Below, in pieces: positions 19,184 through 28,868 of a DNA stretch of 64,000 nt. The position numbers were made by a program, and so were the translations under genes. This DNA is from Clostridiales bacterium (GTDB lineage: Bacteria; Bacillota; Sulfobacillia; RBS10-35): NCBI GenBank assembly GCA_018729555.1, contig JAHHQG010000026.1, positions 259,329-323,328 of the forward strand, given 5' to 3'. The notes beneath the pieces were generated by a model. It did not search any database. It saw nothing but the letters and a program-made list of their open reading frames with translations, and was not told the origin of the DNA. Numbering within the stretch: position 1 is the stretch's first letter; every line of letters begins with the position of its first letter.

Positions 19184-19244
19184 TATGAGTTGCGGAACGG
19201 TTTTCGAAGGAGCGTATACTGTTAAGTAAACGCACCGGAAAGGC

Positions 19245-20573
19245 GTGGCGCCTTTGAACCGACGGTCCTTCGTGGCCACCGTCCTCATCACGGCTCTGGT
19301 GGCCTCCCTCCTCACCTATGGTGGCATTCGGCTTTACGACCGCGCCCTCTACGCGTATTCCGTCAAGATCAGCGGCGTTCCCGCAGATGTGGCCAAAGCC
19401 CCCAACTTCCAGAAGTTCTTGGAAATCATCCAGCTCATTGAAGAAAAGTACTACCAGAATCCCAAAGCCCCTGGCGCCGAAGGCCGGGAGACGGCCCCTC
19501 CTGTGGAAACCCTCCTGGAAGGGGCGGCGGCGGGCGCCGTGGCGGCGTTGAAGGATCCCTATTCCGTCTACTTCGATCCCCGCGGCCTGCGGGAGTTCAA
19601 GATCCAGACCTCGGGACGCTATGGCGGCATCGGGGTCATGATGCAGGAAAAGGACGGCTATGCCATTGTGGTGAGGGTTTTTCCCGGGACACCGGCGGCC
19701 ACCACTCCCTATGAAGGAGCTCCGAAAGGCGCCGAACCGGGCCTTAAGCCCGGCGATCGGATCGTCAAGGTGGAAGGCCAGGACGTGACCAACCAGGACC
19801 TGGACCACCTGGCCGACATGATCCGCGGGCCTGAGGGCACCCAGGTGACCCTGGGCATCCTCCGGGAAGTGGACGGCAACTGGGAAGAGCTCACCTTTGT
19901 CCTCACCCGGGCCACCATCACCGTGCCCCTCATCGAGAGCCGGATGCTGGAGCCCTGGAAGATCGGGTACATCAGCTACGCCCAGTTCGACGAGGTGGCG
20001 GCGCCGGAATTCCGCAAGGCGGTGGAGGACCTGCGAAAGCAAGGGGCCCGGGCCCTCATCCTGGACCTGCGGGACAATCCCGGCGGCCTTTTGACGGTGG
20101 CCCAGGATGCCGCTGCCATCCTCCTCCCCAAAGGAGTTCTGACCTACGTGGTGAACCAGAAGGGCATCGTGGACATCTACCAGACCAACGGAGATCAAGG
20201 TTTAGGCATGCCCCTGGTGGTCCTGGTGAACCAGTACACCGCCAGCGCGTCGGAGATTTTGGCCGGGGCCGTCCAGGACTACGGGGTGGGGACGGTGGTG
20301 GGGGAGACCACCTTTGGTAAGGCGGTGGTCCAACAGACCTGGACCTTCCCCGACGAGACCGGCCTCAAGCTGACGGTGGGCCAGTGGCTGACCCCCAAAA
20401 AGCGGACCATCAACCAGGTAGGCATCGAGCCCGATGTGAAGGTGGCGATGCCGGAGGGGGCCGAAATGGGCGATCTCCGAAAGGATCCCCAGCTGCAGGA
20501 AGCGGTGAAGATCCTCGCCAAGGAGCTGGGGCAGCCCCAGCCGACCTTCCCGCGGGTGGGGGGGAAACCGTGA
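19245..20573 (+). CDS. S41 family C-terminal processing peptidase (CtpA/CtpB-like) with N-terminal anchor and PDZ domain
   Basis: Contains GIGVMM..., a PDZ region GDRIVKVEGQDV, LDLRDNPGGLL, and VLVNQYTASASEILAGAVQD (catalytic Ser context). GTG start. Confidence 0.9.
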   Translation: MAPLNRRSFVATVLITALVASLLTYGGIRLYDRALYAYSVKISGVPADVAKAPNFQKFLEIIQLIEEKYYQNPKAPGAEGRETAPPVETLLEGAAAGAVAALKDPYSVYFDPRGLREFKIQTSGRYGGIGVMMQEKDGYAIVVRVFPGTPAATTPYEGAPKGAEPGLKPGDRIVKVEGQDVTNQDLDHLADMIRGPEGTQVTLGILREVDGNWEELTFVLTRATITVPLIESRMLEPWKIGYISYAQFDEVAAPEFRKAVEDLRKQGARALILDLRDNPGGLLTVAQDAAAILLPKGVLTYVVNQKGIVDIYQTNGDQGLGMPLVVLVNQYTASASEILAGAVQDYGVGTVVGETTFGKAVVQQTWTFPDETGLKLTVGQWLTPKKRTINQVGIEPDVKVAMPEGAEMGDLRKDPQLQEAVKILAKELGQPQPTFPRVGGKP

Positions 20574-21400
20574 AGGACTGGCAGGGCCGCATCGATGGGC
20601 TCCTCTCACGGGCGGAGGGCCAATGGGGGATCGCCATCGAAGAGATCCTTCCGGAAGGGGTGCAGCGGGAGCCCTGGCGCTTCGAGCGCCGGGCCCACGA
20701 GCCCTTCACCGCCGCCAGCGTCATCAAGGTGCCCATCATGGTGGCGGCTTTTGAAGCGGCAGCCCGAGGCCGTCTGCGCCTTTCCCAGAAGATCCTCCTC
20801 CGGAAGGAAGACCAGGTCCTGGGGAGCGGCGTCCTCCACAGCCTGGAGACGGGGCGCCCCTACTCCCTCTACGACCTCATCACCCTCATGATCATCGTCA
20901 GCGACAACACCGCCACCAACCTGGTGATCCGGGAAGTGGGCACCTCTTTCATCCAGGAGGTCATGGCGGCTTACGGCATGACGGGCTCCCGGTTCCACAA
21001 CCCCCTCATGGTGATCCCCGCCGACAGCCCCGGGCCCAACCAGGTGACGGCCGCCGACATGGTGAAGCTCTACGGGGCCATCGCCCGAGGGAAAGCCGTC
21101 TCCTGGGATGCCAGCCGCCGCATGGTGGAGATCCTTTCCGCCCAGCAGTTCACCGACGGCATCGGAGGATGCCTTCCGCGCCACGAGGGACCGGTGGGAA
21201 GCCTCCCGACATGGCGCATCGCCACCAAGAGCGGTCAGATCACCGGCCACGTCCATGACACCGGGCTTCTCTTTCTCCCGGGGAGGACCCTGGCCCTGGC
21301 CTTCCTCTCCAGGGGCATCCACGATCCCCTCCGGGCCAAGCGCTTCATCGCCGACGCCGTCCGCGCCCTCTACGACGCCCACATGGCCCTCGCCGGATGA
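20570..21400 (+). CDS. class A beta-lactamase-related serine hydrolase
   Basis: Contains SxxK (AASVIK), SDN (VSDNTATN) and a KTG-like ATKSG. GTG 20570 forms a GTGA overlap with the S41 peptidase stop. The ORF opens upstream at 20384, inside that gene. Confidence 0.8.
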   Translation: MKDWQGRIDGLLSRAEGQWGIAIEEILPEGVQREPWRFERRAHEPFTAASVIKVPIMVAAFEAAARGRLRLSQKILLRKEDQVLGSGVLHSLETGRPYSLYDLITLMIIVSDNTATNLVIREVGTSFIQEVMAAYGMTGSRFHNPLMVIPADSPGPNQVTAADMVKLYGAIARGKAVSWDASRRMVEILSAQQFTDGIGGCLPRHEGPVGSLPTWRIATKSGQITGHVHDTGLLFLPGRTLALAFLSRGIHDPLRAKRFIADAVRALYDAHMALAG

Positions 21401-21434
21401 GCCCGGGCCTATAATAAAAGGCGAGGTGCCGTCC

Positions 21435-23414
21435 ATGCCTCCGTTTCGGATGAAAGCGCCCTTTGCGCCTGCTGGCCAGCAGCCCCAGGCGGTGGAAGAG
21501 GTGGTGGGCCACTTCCGCCGGGGGGCTCACCACGTGGTGCTGCTGGGGGTCACCGGTTCCGGCAAGACGGCCGTGATGTCATGGGTGATCGAAAAGCTGC
21601 AGCGCCCCACTTTGGTCATCGCCCCCAACAAGATCCTGGCGGCCCAGCTGACCAGCGAGTTTAAGGCCTTTTTCCCCGACAACGCCGTGGAATACTTTGT
21701 CTCCTACTACGATTACTACCAGCCCGAAGCCTACATCGCCCAGACGGACACCTACATCGAGAAGGATGCCTCCCGCAACGACGAGATCGACAAGCTTCGC
21801 CACAGCGCCACCATGGCCCTCTTTGAGCGCCGGGACGTCATCATCGTGGCCAGCGTCTCGTGCATCTACGGGTTGGGTTCCCCGGAAGATTACAGCTCCC
21901 TGGTCCTCTCCCTGCGCCTGGGGGCTGAAAAGAGCCGGCGGGAGATCATCCGCAAGCTGGTGGATCTCCAGTACCAGCGAAACGACCTGGAGCTGGACCG
22001 GGGCCGCTTCAGGGTGCGGGGGGATGTCATCGAGGTGTGGCCCATCGGCTCGGGGGAGCGGGCCCTCCGCATCGAGATGTTCGGCGACGAGATCGAGCGG
22101 CTGGTGGAATTCGACCCCTTCACGGGAAAGGATCTGGCGGAAAACCGCCACTATGCCATCTATCCCGCCAGCCATTACCTGACCTCTCCCGAAAAGATGG
22201 AGCGGGCCATCGCCTCCATCGAAGCGGAGCTGGAAGAACGGCTGGCGGAGCTCCGGCGGGAAGGAAAGCTTTTGGAAGCCCAGCGCCTGGAGCAAAGGAC
22301 CCGCTACGACCTGGAGATGCTGCGGGAAGTGGGCTATTGCAGCGGCATCGAAAACTACAGCCGTCACCTGACGGGTCGCGCTCCCGGCCAGCCCCCCTAC
22401 ACCCTTTTGGACTTTTTCCCCGACGATTTCCTGGTGATCATCGACGAAAGCCATCAAACCATCCCCCAGCTACGGGCCATGTACGAAGGGGACCGGTCCC
22501 GGAAAGAGGAGCTGGTCAAATACGGCTTTCGCCTCCCTTCCGCCCTGGACAACCGTCCCCTTAAATTCGAAGAATTCGAGCAAAAAGTGCGGGACGTGCT
22601 CTACGTCTCCGCCACACCCGGGCCCTATGAGCTTCGGAAAGCCGACGCCGTGGTGGAGCTCATCGTCCGGCCCACGGGCCTTCTGGACCCCGAGGTAGAA
22701 GTGCGGCCTACCCGGGGCCAGATGGACGATCTCATCCACGAGATCCGCCTGAGGGTGGCCAAGAACCAGCGGGTCCTGGTGACCACCCTCACCAAGAAGA
22801 TGGCGGAAGAGCTCACCGACTACCTGCGGGAACACGGCATCCGGGTGCGCTACATGCACTCCGATGTGGAAACCCTGGAGCGCATGGCCATCATCCGGGA
22901 CCTGCGCCTCGGCGTCTTCGACGTCCTGGTGGGCATCAACCTTTTGCGGGAAGGCCTGGACCTCCCCGAAGTCAGCCTGGTGGCCATCCTGGACGCCGAC
23001 AAGGAGGGTTACCTCCGCTCCGAGCGGAGCCTCATCCAGACCATCGGGCGAGCGGCCCGGAACGTGGAAGGGAAGGCCATCCTTTACGCCGACACCATCA
23101 CCCCCTCCATGGAAGCGGCCATCCGGGAGACGGAGCGGCGGCGGGCCATCCAAAAGGCCTTTAACGAAGCCCACGGCATCACCCCCCGGACGGTGGAAAA
23201 GGCGGTAAGGGACGTCATCGAGAACACCCGGGATCTCACCCGGGAGATGGCCATGGAGCTTCCGGTGGATCTCCAGAATCTGAAGCCCAAAGACATCCCC
23301 AAGTGGGTGAAGAAGCTGGAGAAAGAGATGAAAGAGGCAGCTCGCCATCTGGAATTCGAGCGGGCAGCCCTCCTGAGGGACATGATCCGGGAGCTGGAAG
23401 CCGCCCGCCGCTGA
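21435..23414 (+). CDS. uvrB: excinuclease ABC subunit B
   Basis: Contains [25 protein letters not shown], the helicase C motifs and the C-terminal UVR domain ([17 protein letters not shown]). ATG 21435 lies within the longer ORF that opens at 21108. Confidence 0.97.
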   Translation: MPPFRMKAPFAPAGQQPQAVEEVVGHFRRGAHHVVLLGVTGSGKTAVMSWVIEKLQRPTLVIAPNKILAAQLTSEFKAFFPDNAVEYFVSYYDYYQPEAYIAQTDTYIEKDASRNDEIDKLRHSATMALFERRDVIIVASVSCIYGLGSPEDYSSLVLSLRLGAEKSRREIIRKLVDLQYQRNDLELDRGRFRVRGDVIEVWPIGSGERALRIEMFGDEIERLVEFDPFTGKDLAENRHYAIYPASHYLTSPEKMERAIASIEAELEERLAELRREGKLLEAQRLEQRTRYDLEMLREVGYCSGIENYSRHLTGRAPGQPPYTLLDFFPDDFLVIIDESHQTIPQLRAMYEGDRSRKEELVKYGFRLPSALDNRPLKFEEFEQKVRDVLYVSATPGPYELRKADAVVELIVRPTGLLDPEVEVRPTRGQMDDLIHEIRLRVAKNQRVLVTTLTKKMAEELTDYLREHGIRVRYMHSDVETLERMAIIRDLRLGVFDVLVGINLLREGLDLPEVSLVAILDADKEGYLRSERSLIQTIGRAARNVEGKAILYADTITPSMEAAIRETERRRAIQKAFNEAHGITPRTVEKAVRDVIENTRDLTREMAMELPVDLQNLKPKDIPKWVKKLEKEMKEAARHLEFERAALLRDMIRELEAARR

Positions 23415-23463
23415 CGTGGTATGGTGATAGGGAAACGCCCCAAGAAGGAGGAGGACCCTTTCG

Positions 23464-24447
23464 TTGGCACGGGTATTTTCAGGAGTGCAACCCACCGGAG
23501 CTTTGCACATCGGCAACTACCTGGGGGCCTTGCGCCAGTTTGAAGCGGCGCCGGGTCACCTTTACTGCATCGTGGACTGGCACGCCATCACCGAACCCCA
23601 CGATCCCGCCCAGCTGCACCGGGGGACCCTCCACGTGGCCTCCGCCATGATCGCCCTGGGCCTTCACGAGGAATCCGTCCTCTTCGTCCAGTCCCACGTG
23701 CCGGCCCATGTGGAGCTCATGTGGTATATGACCTGCACGGGGACCATGGGGGAGCTCCAGCGGATGACCCAGTACAAGGCCAAGGCAAAGGGGCGCCGGA
23801 GCGTATCCGTGGGCCTCTTCGCCTACCCCCTCCTCATGGCGGCCGACATCCTCCTCTACCGCACGGAAAAGGTCCCCGTGGGGGAAGACCAGCGGCAGCA
23901 CGTGGAGCTCACCCGGGATCTGGCGGAGCGGTTCAACAGCCGCTTCGGGGAGACCTTCGTCCTCCCGGAGGCCGTGATGCCGCCGGCGGGGGCCCGGGTC
24001 CGCTCCCTCACCAAACCCCTCGAGAAGATGTCCAAGAGCGACCCCGATCCCGACTCGAAGATCCTCCTCCTGGATTCGCCTGACGAGATTCGGCGCAAGA
24101 TCAAGAAGGCCGTGACCGATACCGGCCGGGAGATCCGCTACGACCCTCAGGAAAAGCCCGGGATCAGCAACCTTCTGGAGATCCAGAGCGCTTTCACCGG
24201 GGAACCCATCTCCAAGCTGGAGGAGATGTACGCCGGCAAGACCTACCGGGAGCTCAAGGAACAGGTGGCGGAAGTGGTGGTGGAAGGCCTGCGGCCCCTT
24301 CGGGAGAAGATGGAGGCCATCGCCGCCCATCCCGGGGAGATCGAGGGGATCCTCAAGGAAGGGGCCGAGAAGGCGGCGGCGTTGGCGGAACCCATGCTGA
24401 AGGAAGTGCGCCAGAAGCTGGGCTTTCTGGAGCGATTGCCTTCATGA
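23464..24447 (+). CDS. trpS: tryptophan--tRNA ligase
   Basis: [18 protein letters not shown] (HIGH-type) and KMSKS are present. 327 aa. TTG start after GGAGGAGG. Confidence 0.95.
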   Translation: MARVFSGVQPTGALHIGNYLGALRQFEAAPGHLYCIVDWHAITEPHDPAQLHRGTLHVASAMIALGLHEESVLFVQSHVPAHVELMWYMTCTGTMGELQRMTQYKAKAKGRRSVSVGLFAYPLLMAADILLYRTEKVPVGEDQRQHVELTRDLAERFNSRFGETFVLPEAVMPPAGARVRSLTKPLEKMSKSDPDPDSKILLLDSPDEIRRKIKKAVTDTGREIRYDPQEKPGISNLLEIQSAFTGEPISKLEEMYAGKTYRELKEQVAEVVVEGLRPLREKMEAIAAHPGEIEGILKEGAEKAAALAEPMLKEVRQKLGFLERLPS

Positions 24448-27299
24448 AGGATGCCATCGTCATCCGGGGGGCCCGGCAGCACAACCTGAAGAATATCGAC
24501 GTCACCCTGCCGCGGAACGCCCTGGTGGTCTTTACGGGCGTCAGCGGGTCGGGGAAATCCAGCCTGGCCTTCGATACCCTCTACGCCGAAGGCCAGCGCC
24601 GCTACGTGGAATCCCTCTCGGCTTACGCCCGCCAGTTCCTCGGCCAGATGGAAAAACCCGATGTGGACGACATCCAGGGGCTTTCTCCCGCCATCTCGGT
24701 GGATCAGAAGACCACCAGCAAAAACCCCCGGTCCACCGTGGGGACGGTGACGGAGATCTACGATTACCTGAGGCTCCTCTTTGCCCGCATCGGCCACCCC
24801 TTTTGCCCCAACTGCGGCATCCCCATCGAATCGCAGACGGTGGACCAGATGGTGGATCGGATCCTTGAGTGGCCGTCCGGCACCCGCCTGCAGATCCTGG
24901 CCCCCATCGTGCGGAGGCGGAAGGGGGAGCATCTGCAGGTCTTCCAGGACCTGAAGCGGCAAGGGTTTCTCCGGGCCCGGGTGGACGGCACCGTCTACCT
25001 CCTGGATGAGGTGCCGCCCCTGGAGAAGAACAAGTACCACACCATCGAAGTGGTGGTGGACCGCCTCATCCTCAAAGGGGAGCGGGACAGCCGCCTGGCC
25101 GACTCCCTGGAGCTGGCCCTTTCCCAGGGCGAGGGCCTGGCCCTGGCCTGGGCCCAGCTCCCGTCGGGGGAAGAGGAGGAGATCCTCTTCAACGCCAAGC
25201 TGGCCTGCCCCCAGTGCGGCTTTTCCTTTCCCGAGATTTCCCCCCGTCTCTTTTCCTTCAACAACCCCTACGGCGCCTGTCCCGAATGCGCCGGCCTGGG
25301 CTACCGGATGGTGCCCGACCCGGAGAAGATCATCCCCAACCCCAGGCTTTCCGTGGCGGAGGGGGCCGTCAAACCATGGGCCCAGGCGGGGAGCCAATAC
25401 TACCCCCAGCTCCTCCAGCAGCTGGCCCTTCACCTGGGCTTTTCCATCCATGCGCCCCTCGAGGACCAGCCCGAATTCCTCAACATCATCCTCCACGGCT
25501 ACCGCGGCGGCCCCATCCCCTTCACCTACCGGAACCGCTTCGGCCGCAGCCGCTTCCGGGAAGTGACCTTCAAAGGGGTCCTCCACTACATCCAGGAGCG
25601 CTATGAGGAAGCCATGTCGGAGGGGGAGATCCAGGATGTGGCCGTCTACATGACGGAGATGGTCTGCCCCGCCTGCGGAGGAAAGCGCCTTAGGCCCGAG
25701 GCCCTTTCGGTGAAGGTGGAGGGCCTATCCATCGCCGATGTGGCGGCCATGACGGTGGGGAAAGCCTGCAGCTTCTTCGAAGGGCTCCCTTCCCGCCTGA
25801 CGGAAAGGGAGCTGGCCATCGCCCGCCTGGTGATCCGGGAGATCCAGAACCGCCTCCGCTTCCTCCTGGACGTGGGCTTGGACTATCTCACCCTGGACCG
25901 GGCGTCGGCCACCCTGTCGGGGGGCGAAGCCCAGAGGATCCGCCTGGCCACCCAGATCGGCTCAGGCCTGGTGGGAGTCCTTTATGTCCTGGACGAGCCC
26001 AGCATCGGCCTCCACCAGCGGGACAACCAGCGCCTCATCGACACCCTGAAGCGGCTGAGGGACCTGGGGAACACCCTGGTGGTGGTGGAGCACGACGAAG
26101 ATACCATCCGGGCCGCCGACTGGGTGGTGGATGTGGGCCCCGGTTCGGGGGAGCACGGCGGGCGGGTGGTGGCCGCCGGCCCTCCGGAAGCCATCGCCGC
26201 CCACCCCGAGTCCTTGACGGGAGCCTACCTCAGCGGCCGCCTCCGCATCCCCGTCCCGGCCCGGAGGCGAAAGCCCGACCCCAAGCGCCTCCTCACGGTG
26301 CGGGGCGCCCGCCACCATAACCTAAAAGGCATCGACGTCACCTTCCCCTTGGGCCTTTTCATCGCCGTGACGGGCGTCTCGGGGTCGGGGAAGAGCACCC
26401 TCATCCATGAGGTCCTCTACGAAGCCCTCATGGCCCACCTCTACGGGTCCCGGCAGTCCCCCGGCCGTTACGATGCCATCGAAGGGATCCACCACGTCCG
26501 CAAAGTGGTCATGGTGGACCAGTCCCCCATCGGGCGGACGCCCCGCTCCAACCCCGCCACCTACACGGGCGTCTTCGACCACATCCGGGAGCTTTTCGCC
26601 ATGACTCCCGAAGCCCGGGCGCGGGGCTACAAAAAGGGCCGCTTCAGCTTCAACGTCCCCGGGGGGCGGTGTGAAGCTTGCCGCGGGGAAGGCCTGGTCA
26701 AGATCGAGATGCACTTTCTCCCGCCGGTCTACGTGCCCTGCGAAGTCTGCGGGGGAAAGCGATACAACCGGGAAACCCTGGAGATCCGTTACAAAGGGAA
26801 GACCATCGCCGATGTCTTGGACATGACGGTGGAGGAAGCCCGGGCCTTCTTCGCGGCGGTACCGCCTTTGGAGCGAAAGCTGGGCTTCCTCGAGGATGTG
26901 GGCTTGGGCTACATCCGCTTAGGCCAGCCCGCCACCACCCTTTCCGGCGGCGAAGCCCAGCGGGTGAAGCTGGCGGCCGAGCTCTCCCGGCGGAGCGACG
27001 GCGGCACCCTCTACCTCCTGGACGAGCCCACCACCGGCCTCCACCCCCATGACATCCAGTACCTGGTGAAAGTCCTCCAGCGGTTTGTGGAGGCGGGGGA
27101 TACGGTGGTGGTCATCGAGCACAACTTGGATGTCATCAAGCAGGCCGATTGGATCATCGACCTGGGACCGGAAGGGGGCGATGGGGGCGGCCAGGTGGTG
27201 GTGGCGGGGACGCCCGAAGAAGTGGCGGCCTGCCCCCAGTCATACACGGGTCTTTACCTTCGGCCGGTCCTGGAAAAGGCCCTCTCCCCCCAGGCATGA
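24444..27299 (+). CDS. uvrA: excinuclease ABC subunit A
   Basis: 951 aa. Contains two ABC modules ([27 protein letters not shown]), zinc-finger CxxC pairs and LSGGEAQR twice. ATG forms an ATGA overlap with the trpS stop. Confidence 0.97.
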   Translation: MKDAIVIRGARQHNLKNIDVTLPRNALVVFTGVSGSGKSSLAFDTLYAEGQRRYVESLSAYARQFLGQMEKPDVDDIQGLSPAISVDQKTTSKNPRSTVGTVTEIYDYLRLLFARIGHPFCPNCGIPIESQTVDQMVDRILEWPSGTRLQILAPIVRRRKGEHLQVFQDLKRQGFLRARVDGTVYLLDEVPPLEKNKYHTIEVVVDRLILKGERDSRLADSLELALSQGEGLALAWAQLPSGEEEEILFNAKLACPQCGFSFPEISPRLFSFNNPYGACPECAGLGYRMVPDPEKIIPNPRLSVAEGAVKPWAQAGSQYYPQLLQQLALHLGFSIHAPLEDQPEFLNIILHGYRGGPIPFTYRNRFGRSRFREVTFKGVLHYIQERYEEAMSEGEIQDVAVYMTEMVCPACGGKRLRPEALSVKVEGLSIADVAAMTVGKACSFFEGLPSRLTERELAIARLVIREIQNRLRFLLDVGLDYLTLDRASATLSGGEAQRIRLATQIGSGLVGVLYVLDEPSIGLHQRDNQRLIDTLKRLRDLGNTLVVVEHDEDTIRAADWVVDVGPGSGEHGGRVVAAGPPEAIAAHPESLTGAYLSGRLRIPVPARRRKPDPKRLLTVRGARHHNLKGIDVTFPLGLFIAVTGVSGSGKSTLIHEVLYEALMAHLYGSRQSPGRYDAIEGIHHVRKVVMVDQSPIGRTPRSNPATYTGVFDHIRELFAMTPEARARGYKKGRFSFNVPGGRCEACRGEGLVKIEMHFLPPVYVPCEVCGGKRYNRETLEIRYKGKTIADVLDMTVEEARAFFAAVPPLERKLGFLEDVGLGYIRLGQPATTLSGGEAQRVKLAAELSRRSDGGTLYLLDEPTTGLHPHDIQYLVKVLQRFVEAGDTVVVIEHNLDVIKQADWIIDLGPEGGDGGGQVVVAGTPEEVAACPQSYTGLYLRPVLEKALSPQA

Positions 27300-27341
27300 G
27301 CCGCCCTCCCGGGGGAACACTTCCTTCGGGAGGTGCGCGGC

Positions 27342-28856
27342 ATGGCCCGCCAACGAACCCCCTTCACCGGTCCGGGGGACGATCCCGTCTCGAGCCGATC
27401 CATCGAGGTCCACACCCGGTACATCTCCAGCGACTTGGAGAAGAACGTGGACTACCTGGAACAGCTCCTAGGCGTCGGGCGGTCCTTCGACATCATCAGC
27501 CAGCCCTATGAGTTCAAAGGGCAGCGCCTCCACGTGTTCGTCATCAACGGGTTCTTTCAGGAGCACACGGTCCTCCAGCTCCTGGCGGAGCTCTTCTCGG
27601 AAGAGGCCTTTCCCGACCGGCGGGAGGAGATTTTCCTCCCCCGCCTCTTGAGCCAGGGTCTGACCCTTCCCGGCGTCCAGGCGGTGGACACCCTGGATGA
27701 GCTGGCCACGGCCGTCCTGGCAGGCCCCATGGGGATCCTCATCGATGGGTGGGAGAAGGGGCTGGTGGTGGATACCCGCACCTACCCCGCCCGCATCCCC
27801 AACGTCCCCCAGACGGAAAAGGTCATCTTCGGGCCCCAGGACGGGTTTGTGGAGACCCTCCTCTACAACGTGGTCCTCATCCGGCGGCGGCTTCGGGATC
27901 CCCGGCTCCGCTGCGAAAAGATGACGGTGGGGCGCCATTCCCGGACCGATGTGGCCATCTGTTACCTGGAAGGGGTGGCCGACGAAGGGGTGCTTAAGAA
28001 GGTGCGGGAGCGCCTTTCCAGGACCGATATCCGCAACGTCACCATGGCGGAGCGGGCCGTGGCCAACATCCTCTCGGCCCACCCCTGGAACCCCCTCCCC
28101 ACCGTCCGCTTCACGGAACGGGCTGATCTGGCCGCCGCCCAGATCGTGGAGGGGCGGGTGGTGGTCATCGTGGATACGGCCCCCAACGCCATCATTGTGC
28201 CGGCTCCCTTTTTCACCCACGTCCCCCATCCCGAGGAATTCCACCTGCCGGCCCTGGCGGCCACCTACCTTCGGTGGCTGGCCATCCTGGCGGCGGTGGC
28301 GTCGGTCTACCTGCCGGCCCTCTACCTCCTCTCCATCCTGGAGCCAAGGCTCCTTCCGTGGCCCTGGCCCACCCGCCCTGGAGGGGAGTCCTTTCTCTCC
28401 GTCCCCGTCCAGCTGATCCTGGCGGCCATCAGCATCGAGCTCATCCGCCGGGCGGTCCTCAATACCCCCACCCCCATCGTGGCGGCCATGAGCATCGTCG
28501 GGGCGGTGGTGGTGGGGGATGCCGTCATGAAGGCCAAGGTTTTCCAGCCGGAAGTGATGGTCATCATGGGCCTTTCCGCCGTCTTCAACTTCGCCATCCC
28601 TTCGGTGGAGTTCACCTTCATCGCCCGCCTCATGGCCCTCTTCCTCCTGATCCTCACCTGGGCCGTCCACCTCTGGGGGATCCTCCTCGGCACCCTCGCC
28701 TTCCTCCTCACCATGCTCTTCACCCAAACCTTAGGGGTCTCGTACCTGTGGCCCCTCTGGCCCTTTGACGGGAAAGCCCTCAAGGCCATCTTCCTGGTGC
28801 CCCCCATCACCGCCGACATGACCTCCGAGGGCCGACCGTGGCGCCGCCGGACCTGA
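27342..28856 (+). CDS. GerA-family spore germination protein (A-subunit/SpoVAF-like)
   Basis: About 500 aa. The soluble N-terminal region has VFVINGF, ILIDGW, RTYP and VIRRRL-type motifs. The C-terminal region has 4 to 5 TM helices. ATG 27342 follows GGGAGGTG. Confidence 0.85.
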   Translation: MARQRTPFTGPGDDPVSSRSIEVHTRYISSDLEKNVDYLEQLLGVGRSFDIISQPYEFKGQRLHVFVINGFFQEHTVLQLLAELFSEEAFPDRREEIFLPRLLSQGLTLPGVQAVDTLDELATAVLAGPMGILIDGWEKGLVVDTRTYPARIPNVPQTEKVIFGPQDGFVETLLYNVVLIRRRLRDPRLRCEKMTVGRHSRTDVAICYLEGVADEGVLKKVRERLSRTDIRNVTMAERAVANILSAHPWNPLPTVRFTERADLAAAQIVEGRVVVIVDTAPNAIIVPAPFFTHVPHPEEFHLPALAATYLRWLAILAAVASVYLPALYLLSILEPRLLPWPWPTRPGGESFLSVPVQLILAAISIELIRRAVLNTPTPIVAAMSIVGAVVVGDAVMKAKVFQPEVMVIMGLSAVFNFAIPSVEFTFIARLMALFLLILTWAVHLWGILLGTLAFLLTMLFTQTLGVSYLWPLWPFDGKALKAIFLVPPITADMTSEGRPWRRRT

Positions 28857-28868
28857 TACCATCGAACT

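Noticed and set aside
19195-19206. GAACGGTTTTCG as a LexA (Cheo-box-like) site upstream of the S41 peptidase gene. SOS boxes were also looked for upstream of uvrB.
   Set aside because: The second half-site is TTCG rather than GTTC, so it does not fit GAAC-N4-GTTC. No such box is seen in the 34-nt uvrB upstream gap, which holds only a TATAAT hexamer at about 21410.
18830-19315. Short minus-strand ORFs 18830..19021 (63 aa) and 19121..19315 (64 aa) in the large intergenic region.
   Set aside because: There is no SD and the composition is not protein-like. They overlap the predicted RNA helices and the S41 peptidase 5' end.
21108-21434. An upstream extension of the uvrB ORF overlapping the serine hydrolase gene.
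   Set aside because: The extension is Ser/Pro-rich with no UvrB similarity. ATG 21435 gives the canonical UvrB N-terminus.
23415-23463. T-box leader expected upstream of trpS. The same check was made upstream of serS at 51852..52003.
   Set aside because: The gaps are too short (49 nt and about 150 nt). I found no AGGGTGGTACCGCG-like T-box sequence on the relevant strand.
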